DNA of 64,000 nt, taken from positions 8,448,001 through 8,512,000 of the forward strand of contig JASGJH010000001.1 in NCBI GenBank assembly GCA_047601445.1. Direction: 5' to 3'. Position 1 is the stretch's first letter; each line of letters starts with the position of its first letter. The DNA is from Myxococcales bacterium (GTDB lineage: Bacteria; Myxococcota_A; Polyangia; Polyangiales; DASUME01). Position numbers and translations under genes: made by a program. The notes below the pieces were generated by a model. That model made no database searches. It saw only the letters and a list, made by a program, of their open reading frames with translations, and was not told the origin of the DNA. Shown piece after piece: positions 29,705 to 38,946 of this stretch.

Positions 29705-30735
29705 CGCGTACTCGCTGGGTAGCCGTGACGGTTGGTGTCTTGCTTTGGAGCGGACTGCTCGGCGCTTGGTCGTGGTGTTGCCAGGCGGCTGCCCAGGAAA
29801 AGCGTGCTCGTGTCCTGGTCGTCGACTCGGAGACCGCCGGTGCGCTGTCGCTCCGCGTCAGTGCCGAGCTCGCCGACGTCGGGCTCGAACCGGTCCGACT
29901 GACCCCGAGCGCGATTCCAGACCTCGCTGCGCTGGGCAATCTCGCGCGAGCTCACGACGCGGAGCTCGCGTTGTGCATCGAGATGAAGGGCTCTTTTGCC
30001 CGCGTGTGGATCGTCGATCGGGTCACGCGCAAGGCACTCCGACGAGACTTCGCGCTGTCTGGCCCGGGGAGCGGCCAGAAGCAGGACGCTGCCGTCGGGG
30101 TCGTCGCGCTCGGTGTCGTCGAGCTCGTGCGGGCAAGCTTGCTCGAGCTCGATGTACTGCTGCCGACCCACCAAGTGCCTTCCCCCAGCCCCAAGCTGAT
30201 CAACCTCGCGCACGAGCCTGCACGCTTCTCACTGCAAGTATCGCTAGGCATCCATGGAGGCCCAGGGGGAGCGCCGCCGCTAGCCCAGTTCCATCTCGGC
30301 GGGAGCATTCGACTACATTCCCGCCTTCACGCCGTCTTGTCAGCGGGACTTCCCATTCACCCCGTTCGCGTCTCGGACTCTCAAGGCACCGCGACCCTCT
30401 GGATGGGATCCTTTGTCGCTGGCCTGCGCGTTCCCCTCGGTGAGGACGACCTGGCCGTGCGCCCGCACCTTGGGCTCGGAATCCTTGGCGTCTTGCTCAC
30501 GTCGGATGGAGCCGGCAAGGCGCCCTTCGAAGGGCGTCGCAGTCGGACCGTCACGAGCGGTCCGGCTGTTGAACTGGGGGCTCGCTGCGCCCTCACGCAG
30601 AGAGTCCGACTGCTGCTGAATCTCAGCGCGGCCTACCTGGTATCGCCGCTGGTGGTCGCTTTTGCCGATCAGGACGTCGCGAGAATCGGCCGGCCCTGGC
30701 TGGGCGCTACGCTCGGTCTCGATCTGGCTCCTTAG
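29701..30735 (+). CDS. Exported protein with probable C-terminal beta-barrel
   Basis: Signal-like N-terminus; amphipathic beta-strand C-terminus; overlaps the fecR stop. Confidence 0.7.
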   Translation: MTRTRWVAVTVGVLLWSGLLGAWSWCCQAAAQEKRARVLVVDSETAGALSLRVSAELADVGLEPVRLTPSAIPDLAALGNLARAHDAELALCIEMKGSFARVWIVDRVTRKALRRDFALSGPGSGQKQDAAVGVVALGVVELVRASLLELDVLLPTHQVPSPSPKLINLAHEPARFSLQVSLGIHGGPGGAPPLAQFHLGGSIRLHSRLHAVLSAGLPIHPVRVSDSQGTATLWMGSFVAGLRVPLGEDDLAVRPHLGLGILGVLLTSDGAGKAPFEGRRSRTVTSGPAVELGARCALTQRVRLLLNLSAAYLVSPLVVAFADQDVARIGRPWLGATLGLDLAP

Positions 30736-30822
30736 TCCAACGCGCCGTTGTGCCCGATAGAGGATCACTCCATGCCGCTATTCTCTTCGCCAGATTCACA
30801 CGAGACGCCCTGGATTTCGCCG

Positions 30823-31599
30823 ATGCTGCGGATCGCTCGCTGGGAATTTGTCGCCTGCCTTGGGCCGCTGCTCGGCTGCGGGGACGCCATCGTTCGCCCC
30901 ATCGTTGCCCCGCCACAGGACAGCATCGAGGCCGGCATCGACGCCTCTCAACCGCTCGCGGAATGCAGCGCTGGCGAGAGGCGTAGTTGTCCGTGCGGCG
31001 ACGGTGCGAGCGGTCACCGCTCCTGCTCCGATGGGTTCTTCGGCTTGTGCAAGGGATGCCCCGCCTCCGTAGACGTTGCTTCGAGGTGCGAAGCCGGTGT
31101 TTACGAGGGAACCATGGATGGCGTCTACACGGGGGGGATTCCGGGCGTGATCGCTTTCTATCCCTACACGATCTCGGCCAAGAGTGAGCTGACCCTGAGC
31201 GAGAGCCAGGGCGAGTTTGCGAGCATCGGCGATGGCTGCCTGCGCTTCGTGTCGGGAGACGGCGGAGTCGCCGACACCGGAGCAGGTTGGGTGTCAGGTG
31301 AGGTCGACTGCAGGACGGGCGAGTTCGCCGGGATTCTGCGCGCCTACTACACCATGAAGGACTTCCTCTCTGGCAAGACCTACAAGGTGTTCTTCAAGGG
31401 CAAGTACGTAGCGACCTACAACTTCAAGACCAAGGCGTTCGAAGGCGGCACCTGGACTGGGCAGGAGCCGATGGGGTCGATCAACGACGCCGGCGGCGAG
31501 GGCACCTGGACCGGAGCGCTGAATGAAAGCCGCCCGCCTCAAGATGGAACCTTGAAGGGCTGTCTGGGCGAGCCGTTCCCGGAGCAGAACTTCAAGTAG
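30823..31599 (+). CDS. Lipoprotein of unknown function, paralog B
   Basis: Lipobox LLGC; near-duplicate of 26862..27695. Confidence 0.85.
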   Translation: MLRIARWEFVACLGPLLGCGDAIVRPIVAPPQDSIEAGIDASQPLAECSAGERRSCPCGDGASGHRSCSDGFFGLCKGCPASVDVASRCEAGVYEGTMDGVYTGGIPGVIAFYPYTISAKSELTLSESQGEFASIGDGCLRFVSGDGGVADTGAGWVSGEVDCRTGEFAGILRAYYTMKDFLSGKTYKVFFKGKYVATYNFKTKAFEGGTWTGQEPMGSINDAGGEGTWTGALNESRPPQDGTLKGCLGEPFPEQNFK

Positions 31600-31624
31600 C
31601 CTCGACAAGGGCGCGACGACCCTC

Positions 31625-32596
31625 TCAGGGCTCGGCTGCGACGCGATCCTTGCCGTCGAACGGCGGCGTAAAGACCGCGTAGCCGATCAGCGGCGTCTTG
31701 GCCGTGTTGCGCATGGAGTGGACGAAACCACGCGGGACATGGACGATGGAGTGCGGGCCGATCGGACGAGTCGTCTGCCCGATGCGCATCTCGCCTTGGC
31801 CCTCGAGCAATACGACCATCAGATCATGGGTGACGTGCCTGTGTAGCGGCTCGGCATCGAGCAGCGCCACCACGTGATAGCTCGCGGTGCCATCGCGCGC
31901 GATCTCCGTAATCTTGAAGGTCTCCCCTTTTGCGAGGGGCACGAGCCGCGGCAGGTCTTCGAACGCGATCTCCAGCGAGGTCTCGCCAAACTGGCCGTAG
32001 ATCGTGGGCTTCGCCTTGGCCGGGGGCGGCATAGGCGCGAGCTCTCGCGGCGCCTCGGGCACACGCTTGGTGAAGCTCGCGAGCGTAAGGCTCTCGTCGC
32101 ACTCTGGACTGCCCTCTCCACACTCGGTTCTGATTAGTTTCCAGGCGCCGTCCAGCTTGCGAAATAGTGAGCTGTAGGCGTACATCGCTGCGTCGTCATC
32201 TCGCCTTCCAGGGTTGTGCGACTGCGTCAGGACCCGCGCCCAGTCCCCGACGCGATGAAACGACAGCATGGTCGTCTCGATCGGCTCGTTCGGTCGCGAG
32301 AAGGCCGCACGCACCAACTCCATCATCGCGTCGTACTCGTTGGGTGGTCCATCGGGTGGCGCGGAACCGAGCGTAGTGAACGCCGATGCCTGCACAGGTG
32401 CCGGCGCAGGCGGCGTCGTCGGCGCGCGTGCTGACTCCGCTGGCGGCGTGGCCGTCTGTGCTGCGGTTTGGGCAGGTGTTGCCTCGTCGGTGTTCCGAGG
32501 GCTGCACGCGAGCGCGAGGCTCGCGAGCGCTATCGGGCCCACACCCAGCGAGAGGCTGGTGAAAGTCCGAACGAAGATAGATCTGCGCGGTTGCAT
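31625..32596 (-). CDS. Lipoprotein with C-terminal cupin domain
   Basis: Lipobox ALAC; cupin motifs HRHVTHD...LEGQGEM and VPRGFVHSMRN. Confidence 0.75.
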   Translation of the reverse strand: MQPRRSIFVRTFTSLSLGVGPIALASLALACSPRNTDEATPAQTAAQTATPPAESARAPTTPPAPAPVQASAFTTLGSAPPDGPPNEYDAMMELVRAAFSRPNEPIETTMLSFHRVGDWARVLTQSHNPGRRDDDAAMYAYSSLFRKLDGAWKLIRTECGEGSPECDESLTLASFTKRVPEAPRELAPMPPPAKAKPTIYGQFGETSLEIAFEDLPRLVPLAKGETFKITEIARDGTASYHVVALLDAEPLHRHVTHDLMVVLLEGQGEMRIGQTTRPIGPHSIVHVPRGFVHSMRNTAKTPLIGYAVFTPPFDGKDRVAAEP

Positions 32597-32623
32597 GCGG
32601 CTCCCTTGCTCGACGTCGGAGTC

Positions 32624-33007
32624 TCAGGTGTACAGTGTGCCTTCTTGGACAAAGCACAGCTCGTTGCTCCACGGATCGGTGACGTAGAACGAACGCTCGC
32701 CCCAAGGTCGCCTCACGATGGCGCCGGCCGGTTCGCCGTGGACCATGAACGACGCGAGTGCCTTCAGCTCCTTCGCTCGCGTGTGCACCGGCTCGAGTTC
32801 GTCGACCGCGAAGTAGAGCGATTTGGCGCCAGGATTCGGCTTGATGCCGCCGGGCGTCGGATCGAAGACCGCGAGGATGACGCCGCCAATGTCGAAGTAG
32901 TGGCGTGAGCCCGGACGTCGCTGGCCCGGGATGCCGAGGAGCTCGGCGTAGAACTTGGCCGCTTCGTCGAGGTTCGAAACCTCGAGGTTGATGCGGAAGA
33001 TCTTCAT
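32624..33007 (-). CDS. VOC/glyoxalase family protein
   Basis: VSNLDEAAKFY..LLG; RPWGERSFYVTDPWSNEL; GAAAGGAA RBS. Confidence 0.88.
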   Translation of the reverse strand: MKIFRINLEVSNLDEAAKFYAELLGIPGQRRPGSRHYFDIGGVILAVFDPTPGGIKPNPGAKSLYFAVDELEPVHTRAKELKALASFMVHGEPAGAIVRRPWGERSFYVTDPWSNELCFVQEGTLYT

Positions 33008-33240
33008 CTTGTTTCCTTTCATTGTCGTGTCGTCAGAGGCCGAACGCGGGCCTGGCGGGAAAAAGGATGGGTCGTGATACAACGAATCCGGCCTTCGCGG
33101 TACCGGCACCACAGCAGGGTGATCGCGGGGTGATCCCTCGGGAGCGTGCACGACGTGTGGCGCTCCCGTTCGGACAACATCACTTGCTTGTTACTCTGTG
33201 CCGCGAGCGAACGATCTAGCTTCCGTGCTCGGAGGCAACG

Positions 33241-33774
33241 ATGCAGAGAGCACGCAACGCGGTTACGCTGGCAAACGTTCTGAGCAGTCTGGCTGTGGTG
33301 ATCGCGATCTGCGTGCTCGGAGCACCAGGCGGTGCATCAGCCCAATCGACCTTTACCGTCACCGTGGACAGCTTTCAGAACTACACGGTCAATGGAGCGC
33401 CCGATCCGACGCTGACGCTGACGCGTGGTCAGACCTACCAGTTCGTCGTCAACAGTCCCGGGCACCCGTTCTACATCAAGACGGCCGCCGTCACGGGCAC
33501 GGGGAGTACCTACGATACCGGGGTGACCGGCAACGGCGCGACCAGCGGTACCATCACCTTCACGGTCCCGGTGAGCGCGCCGAACCAGCTCTTCTACCAG
33601 TGCAGTGTTCACAGCGCGATGTCGGGCGTCATCAACGTCGTGAACGCGGCGGCCGCAAATCCCGTCCCCGGCGTCGGTCCCGGGGCGACCCTGCTGACCG
33701 CCGCGGGACTCGTGGCGCTCGCCTGGTTCTTCATGGGCCGCCGAGGCTGGACCTACGCGAGCCGCCGTTCCTGA
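33241..33774 (+). CDS. Secreted cupredoxin-like protein with C-terminal sorting/TM signal
   Basis: Signal peptide; GHPFYI and YQCSVHSAMSG ligand pattern; C-terminal VPGVGP-TM-GRR. Confidence 0.75.
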   Translation: MQRARNAVTLANVLSSLAVVIAICVLGAPGGASAQSTFTVTVDSFQNYTVNGAPDPTLTLTRGQTYQFVVNSPGHPFYIKTAAVTGTGSTYDTGVTGNGATSGTITFTVPVSAPNQLFYQCSVHSAMSGVINVVNAAAANPVPGVGPGATLLTAAGLVALAWFFMGRRGWTYASRRS

Positions 33775-33793
33775 GGCGTCCGCGCGGTCGCGG

Positions 33794-34960
33794 CTAGAAG
33801 AGCATCGTCTCGTCGCAGACGAACTCGAGGTTGATCGAGCCGCCTTCGCTCTCCGCGAACGTGCAGGCCATCGGGCACAGCAGAACCTGCTTCGGATCGT
33901 CCGGATTGTCGTAGTACCAACCCTTGTCGCTGCCGCAGTCTGCCATCGAGGCCTTGCGCATGAAGGGGGTCGTGGTGCCATTCAGGGAGTGCAGAACGTT
34001 GACCTTGGTGCGGTCGTAGGTCTCACCGCCGGTCGGTTCTGGAATGTCGTATTCGCAGGGGATCACCGCCGTCTTCTGAATGCTGTTCTCGATCGCGGTG
34101 AACGTCGGGCTCCAATCGGCTTCGCAGATCGATTTCTGCACGCCACCGGTGGCCTTGGCACCGTCGATGTAGACCGTGCCCGGTCGCGTCGACGTCGCGC
34201 AGTGCTCGGGCGGATCGACGATGGCGTGGACCGTGTACTTGCGCCCTTTGACCAGGGTGTCCATTTGGCTCTTGAAGTCCGCCCAGCTCATCACGTCGTT
34301 GTCGTCCGTGACCATGATGAAGTGCAGCGCCGCGTCGGGACGCAGCATGGACGAGTAGGACGAGAAGGACCCCACGGCGGGCGTGTAGCAGACGTTGAAC
34401 GTCACGGCGTCTACGGCAAGGAAGCGAGCCGGTTCGAGGCCGAGCGTCTTGGCATCCCATGCGGCTGCGGGCGCATTGAGCACCACGATGTGATAGTCGA
34501 GCCCCGCCTTGACCAAGGACATCGCGAACGACGCCATGTTCTGCTGGACGCGCATGATGTCGTCGAGCATTGAAAACGAGTCGTCGATCACCCACACGAT
34601 GTCCACGGGGGCCGAGCGTGCGACGCCATCGCCGTGGGCTGTGTTGCACGCGCCGCTGTCGCTGACGAACTTGCCGGGGTTGTCAGCACACGCCTTGACG
34701 CCCTCGCAGTCGCTGTCGTCGCAGTCGCTCAGGCCATCGTCGTCGTTGTCTTTGCCGTCGTTGCACTGCTTGGCAGTTTCCTTTGCGTCACTCAGGTCAC
34801 CATCCCCATCCCCACCACCATCGCGTGAGCTTCCGGGATAGTCCGGCACGACGGTGCCTGGGTTCGGGTCTGCAGAGCAGGCCCCGGCGAGTAGCAAGGA
34901 CAGCATGGTGAGCTTGAACACAGGGCGCGGCGAACGCATCTGAAAGTAAGGCATGAGCAC
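33794..34960 (-). CDS. vWA-domain lipoprotein (CglB-like myxobacterial family); start uncertain
   Basis: Lipobox AGAC; CNDGKDNDDDGLSDCDDSDC; MIDAS DIVWVIDDSFSM; VTDDND; C-terminal GWYYDNP..LCP..C. Confidence 0.8.
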   Translation of the reverse strand: MLMPYFQMRSPRPVFKLTMLSLLLAGACSADPNPGTVVPDYPGSSRDGGGDGDGDLSDAKETAKQCNDGKDNDDDGLSDCDDSDCEGVKACADNPGKFVSDSGACNTAHGDGVARSAPVDIVWVIDDSFSMLDDIMRVQQNMASFAMSLVKAGLDYHIVVLNAPAAAWDAKTLGLEPARFLAVDAVTFNVCYTPAVGSFSSYSSMLRPDAALHFIMVTDDNDVMSWADFKSQMDTLVKGRKYTVHAIVDPPEHCATSTRPGTVYIDGAKATGGVQKSICEADWSPTFTAIENSIQKTAVIPCEYDIPEPTGGETYDRTKVNVLHSLNGTTTPFMRKASMADCGSDKGWYYDNPDDPKQVLLCPMACTFAESEGGSINLEFVCDETMLF

Positions 34961-35164
34961 CTCAAAGACCTAATTGCGGAGAGCGGCTCGAAATCCACTG
35001 GTGAAAACCAGACCTAGTGGAATGGCCGAGCAGACACTCAGCCGTGAACAAATCTACGACGAATCACCGACTCGGCGCCATCCACACGAGCATCACCCAC
35101 CTCGTGACGTTTCTGGCGCGCGAGATCCCGTGCGGCGAGAACGCCCGCTCACCAGGCGCTCGCC

Positions 35165-35193
35165 TTGACGTATTTAACGATTCGGTTAAATAC
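35165..35193 (+). promoter_or_regulatory. ArsR operator with adjoining -35 element
   Basis: TTGACG followed by the perfect palindrome GTATTTAAC-N6-GTTAAATAC. Confidence 0.75.
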
Positions 35194-35220
35194 TAGCCAG
35201 AACCTCGCTGGAGCCCGCCG

Positions 35221-35628
35221 ATGCACGCACAGCCCTTGCTCGATGCCACCTTCGCCGCCCTTGCCGACCCGACGCGGCGCGCCATCGTGGCGCGCTTGGC
35301 AGAGGGCGATGCCACGGTGCTCGAGCTCGCCGAACCATTCCAGATCAGCCTGCCGGCCATCTCGCGGCACCTCAAGGTACTGGAGCGCGCGGGCCTCATC
35401 ACACGCGGGCGCGATGCACAGCGCAGGCCCTGCAGCCTGCGCGTCGACTCGCTGCGCGAGGTCGCGGAGTGGACCGAGCACACGCGCCGCGCGTGGGAGG
35501 CACGCTTCGAGCGCTTGGACGAGTACCTGCGCGAGCTGCAGAGCGCGCCAAGCACGAAATCGACGAAGCCGCAGACGAAGAAAGCCGTAAAACAGGAGGG
35601 ACGCGATCATGGACGCAAGACACGCTGA
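35221..35628 (+). CDS. ArsR/SmtB family transcriptional regulator
   Basis: FAALADPTRRAI, ISRHLKVLERAGLI. Confidence 0.9.
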   Translation: MHAQPLLDATFAALADPTRRAIVARLAEGDATVLELAEPFQISLPAISRHLKVLERAGLITRGRDAQRRPCSLRVDSLREVAEWTEHTRRAWEARFERLDEYLRELQSAPSTKSTKPQTKKAVKQEGRDHGRKTR

Positions 35629-36097
35629 AGCCGAGCTGCCGAAGGCAGTGCTCGACCGAGAGATTGTGCTGTCGAGGGTGTTCGATGCACCGCGTGAGCT
35701 GGTGTTTCGCGCATGGACCGAGCCCGAGCACTTCGCGCGCTGGTTCGGCCCCAAGGGCTTCCGTATCGTCATGCACGAGCACGATGCCCGCGTGGGCGGA
35801 CGCGTGCGCTTCGACATGATTGGACCGGACGGCACGCGCTACACGAACCGCATGGACTATCTCGAGATCACGCGCCCCGAGCGCCTGATCTACGAGCACG
35901 GTTCGGACACGGACGACGACGCGAACAAGTTCCACGTGACCATCACCTTCGACTCGCAGAGCGATGGCAAGACGGTGGTCACACTTCGGCAGCTGCACCC
36001 GAGCAAGGCGCGGCGCGCGCTGGTCATCGGCTTCGGCGCGGTCGAGCTCGGCTATCAGACGCTGGACAAGCTGGCCGCCCATTTGCGCGAGATCTGA
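35609..36097 (+). CDS. SRPBCC/AHSA1 family protein
   Basis: SRVFDAPRELVFRAWT..HFARWFGP; common partner of ArsR. Confidence 0.9.
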   Translation: MDARHAEAELPKAVLDREIVLSRVFDAPRELVFRAWTEPEHFARWFGPKGFRIVMHEHDARVGGRVRFDMIGPDGTRYTNRMDYLEITRPERLIYEHGSDTDDDANKFHVTITFDSQSDGKTVVTLRQLHPSKARRALVIGFGAVELGYQTLDKLAAHLREI

Positions 36098-36117
36098 GCG
36101 GGCAGGCGGCTTCGCGG

Positions 36118-37482
36118 CTACGCCAGTGCGAGGGGCGGGAGCTGGTAGTCGCCGTCGAGGATCGCTGCACTGGGCTGGTAGGTGCGCAAGGTCAGGCTGA
36201 AGGCGCCTTGGGGCGCCGGCAGCCAGTTGCTGGTGCCTTCGGCCGGCGGGGCGTTTTGGATTTGGATTTCCAAACTGCCGTCGGCTCCGTACGTGAGGCC
36301 CTCCGTACGATCGTGGATGGCGTAGCGGTTGATGGGGTTGTCGACGAGGAAGAAGTTGGCCCCGTACAGGGTGAGTGACCAGAAGGCGCCGACGGGCGGC
36401 AGCTGACCGGCCGGAAAGCGCAGGCGATAGCGGTTTTGGCCGCTGAGCGGTGCCCCAGCGAGATTGTTGGCACTGAAGTACAGCGCCTCGTCTCGCACGT
36501 GGAAGCCCGGACCGTAGAGCACACTGCCTGCGCGCAAGACCGGATCGGTGATGAACGGCACGACCTCTTGGTTGACGCGCCAGCCGTTGACCACGGTCGC
36601 GGCGCTGGCGAGCCCTTGCTTCACGCGCGCGAGACCAGGTGCCACGGCCGAAGCGAGCAACGCGCGCAGGTCGTCGTTGCGAATCTTGCGACCCGGACCA
36701 ATCCCCACGCGCGCGAGGCGGAACAGAGCCCACCACTCCGACGGCAGCGGTGGATACTCGCGAATCAGGCCGTTCAGCTCGTCGAAGTACGACGCGCCTT
36801 CGCCCGACAAGTCGAGCGCGGGGAACACGTTCAGTGACTCGGTGCGCGGCTCGCTCGCGACGCGCCCGTGCGGATACTGCGAGAGCGCCCCAAGCGTGTA
36901 GCTCTGGTGCACCGCGCGCGAGGCTTCGAGGTCGGCATGGCCGCGCACCAGGGTACGCACGAGCGCGAGCACCTTGCTGGTCGGTGCCTTGATCTGCGTC
37001 ACGCCCCGCGGGATGCGTCCCCAATACCCGGGTGGCGTGAGCGCAAACGCGCCTGCTTTGGTGCCGGTGGTGCGACGTCCGATGTACGCGAAGCTGTTGC
37101 CATAGAGATCAAGCAGCTGAATCGAATAGTAGCGGTCGTTCGTGTCCGGTACGGCGATCACCTGTGGCGCTGCGTCGAGGTCGAGCCACGCGAAGCCGTA
37201 CAGCGTGTCGACGTTGGGCCCCACTGCACGGGTCTGCGGGGTCGCCAGATCCAAGCTGAGCTGGAAGCGATTGAACGGTACGCCCGCGTCGCGTGCGATC
37301 TGGATGTAGCGCGACAGAAGTACGGGCGGGATGCCCCAGATGAAGGCGTCCTCCGCGATCTGCTCCAGGCTGGATCCGGCCGAGCTGTCGGCGCGCGCCG
37401 TCGCGAATGGAAGCAGCGTGGAAGCGCCCACGAGGCTCGAACCAATCAAGAAGTTGCGTCGAGAAAAATCCTGTTGCGACAT
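36118..37482 (-). CDS. Tat-exported DUF1254/DUF1214 protein
   Basis: SRRNFL twin-arginine signal; PNVDTLY..AWLDL; PPVGAFWSLTLY; NWLPAP. Confidence 0.88.
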   Translation of the reverse strand: MSQQDFSRRNFLIGSSLVGASTLLPFATARADSSAGSSLEQIAEDAFIWGIPPVLLSRYIQIARDAGVPFNRFQLSLDLATPQTRAVGPNVDTLYGFAWLDLDAAPQVIAVPDTNDRYYSIQLLDLYGNSFAYIGRRTTGTKAGAFALTPPGYWGRIPRGVTQIKAPTSKVLALVRTLVRGHADLEASRAVHQSYTLGALSQYPHGRVASEPRTESLNVFPALDLSGEGASYFDELNGLIREYPPLPSEWWALFRLARVGIGPGRKIRNDDLRALLASAVAPGLARVKQGLASAATVVNGWRVNQEVVPFITDPVLRAGSVLYGPGFHVRDEALYFSANNLAGAPLSGQNRYRLRFPAGQLPPVGAFWSLTLYGANFFLVDNPINRYAIHDRTEGLTYGADGSLEIQIQNAPPAEGTSNWLPAPQGAFSLTLRTYQPSAAILDGDYQLPPLALA

Positions 37483-37534
37483 GTTCGTCCTTGGATTGAG
37501 GAAACGCGAGCGCGCGTGCCCGCGCCACGCCTGA

Positions 37535-37550
37535 AGCAGCCCGCGTGCCA
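37535..37550 (-). promoter_or_regulatory. Putative sigma54 promoter
   Basis: TGGCACGCGGGCTGCT, about 50 bp upstream of the DUF1254 ATG. Confidence 0.6.
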
Positions 37551-37806
37551 GTCGCGCTTGCCGCTGGAGTCGCAGAAAAGTGCAACGACATGCGCACGCA
37601 GAGTGCAAGGTGCCGTGCATCGTCACGGGCACCAGCGCAGCTCACGGGACAGCCGTGCGATGCGCGGGGAGGCCGTTCAGGGGGCATGGTCCTTGGGCTG
37701 CGGGAAGGGCTCCCACAGCATGCTGACAGAATCTGTCAGTGGACGGATTCTAGGCTGTTTTTGCGCAGAATCCACGGATCGTGGGCGCGTCTGGGAGGAC
37801 TACGTC

Positions 37807-38760
37807 ATGCCAAGCTTCAGTATTCGCAAGCCTCGTGGGTTCGCCTTGCGCGCCGCACGCGAGTTCTACGCCGACTTCGTGCCTGGCAGCGGCATGGCGG
37901 CCGCGGGGACGAGCGACGACGAGTTGCGGCTGGTGTTCCGACTCGACCGCAGTTTCGAGGCGGTGGGCGTGGTCCTGCGCGAGTCGGGCGCTGAGCTCGT
38001 CGCGGACTACGTGGGCACGCACGACGAGCCGGTGGTGCGCGCGCAGGTGTCCCGCATGCTGGGCCTCGACGCCGATGCGGAGGCGTGGCTGACGCTGGGA
38101 GCGAAGGTGCCCTTGGTGGGCAGGCTGCAGGCCGCCTTTCCAGGCTTCTTCACGGCCGCCAAGGCGTCCCCCTACGACGCGGCCGTCTGGGGCTTGATCT
38201 CGCCGCGACTGCAGCAGAAACAGGCCGCCAAGCTCAAGCTCGGCCTGGCGGCGCAGTACGGAGACGTCGTGACGCTAGGTGCCGTCGCGTATCCCGTGTT
38301 CCCGGCCCCCGAGCAGGTGCTCGCGATTGACAAGGCCCCAGGCATCTCGGAGGAGAAGCTGCTCCGCCTCAAAGGCGTGGCCCAGGCAGCGCTGGCGGGC
38401 AAGCTCGACGCGGAACGCTTGCGCGCCCTGCCGCCTCACCAGGCCTTGGAGCTCCTCCAAACGCTGCCTGGCGTGGGCCCCTGGACTGCGAGCCATATCC
38501 TCTATCGCGGCGCGGCACCCATCGATGCGCTCCCTACGGCCGAGCCCCGCGTCTTGCATGCGATCGCCGTCGCCAGTGAGCGCGCCGCCCTCTCCCTGTC
38601 GGAGTATCAGCAGGTGACCGAGAGCTGCCGACCGTTTCGCATGTGGGTCTGCGTGCTAGCGATGCGCCTGCTCGCGCGCGTGGGCCTGTGGAACAAGCCC
38701 GAGTACGGACGCGAGCGCGCCGCAGCAGGACGTGCGCTGCGGGCGGGCTCATCGGGCTAG
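37807..38760 (+). CDS. DNA-3-methyladenine glycosylase II family (AlkA-like, HhH-GPD)
   Basis: SPYDAAVWGLIS; FPAPEQV; HhH LQTLPGVGPWTA; CRPFRMW. Confidence 0.82.
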   Translation: MPSFSIRKPRGFALRAAREFYADFVPGSGMAAAGTSDDELRLVFRLDRSFEAVGVVLRESGAELVADYVGTHDEPVVRAQVSRMLGLDADAEAWLTLGAKVPLVGRLQAAFPGFFTAAKASPYDAAVWGLISPRLQQKQAAKLKLGLAAQYGDVVTLGAVAYPVFPAPEQVLAIDKAPGISEEKLLRLKGVAQAALAGKLDAERLRALPPHQALELLQTLPGVGPWTASHILYRGAAPIDALPTAEPRVLHAIAVASERAALSLSEYQQVTESCRPFRMWVCVLAMRLLARVGLWNKPEYGRERAAAGRALRAGSSG

Positions 38761-38946
38761 GGGCGGTTCCCCCGGTGGACATCACAGCGCGCGAAACAAA
38801 CCGCATGGCCACAAAGCCTCGCGCGCTGGCTTCTTCTAGCGAGTGCGCGCACAGTGCGCCGGCGATCCCGTGGCCGCGATGTAGCGCCGTCCGTCGGTGC
38901 TGCGAGCCCTGCTGGGCGGTCTCGTAGGCGCACCGGCGACACGGAA

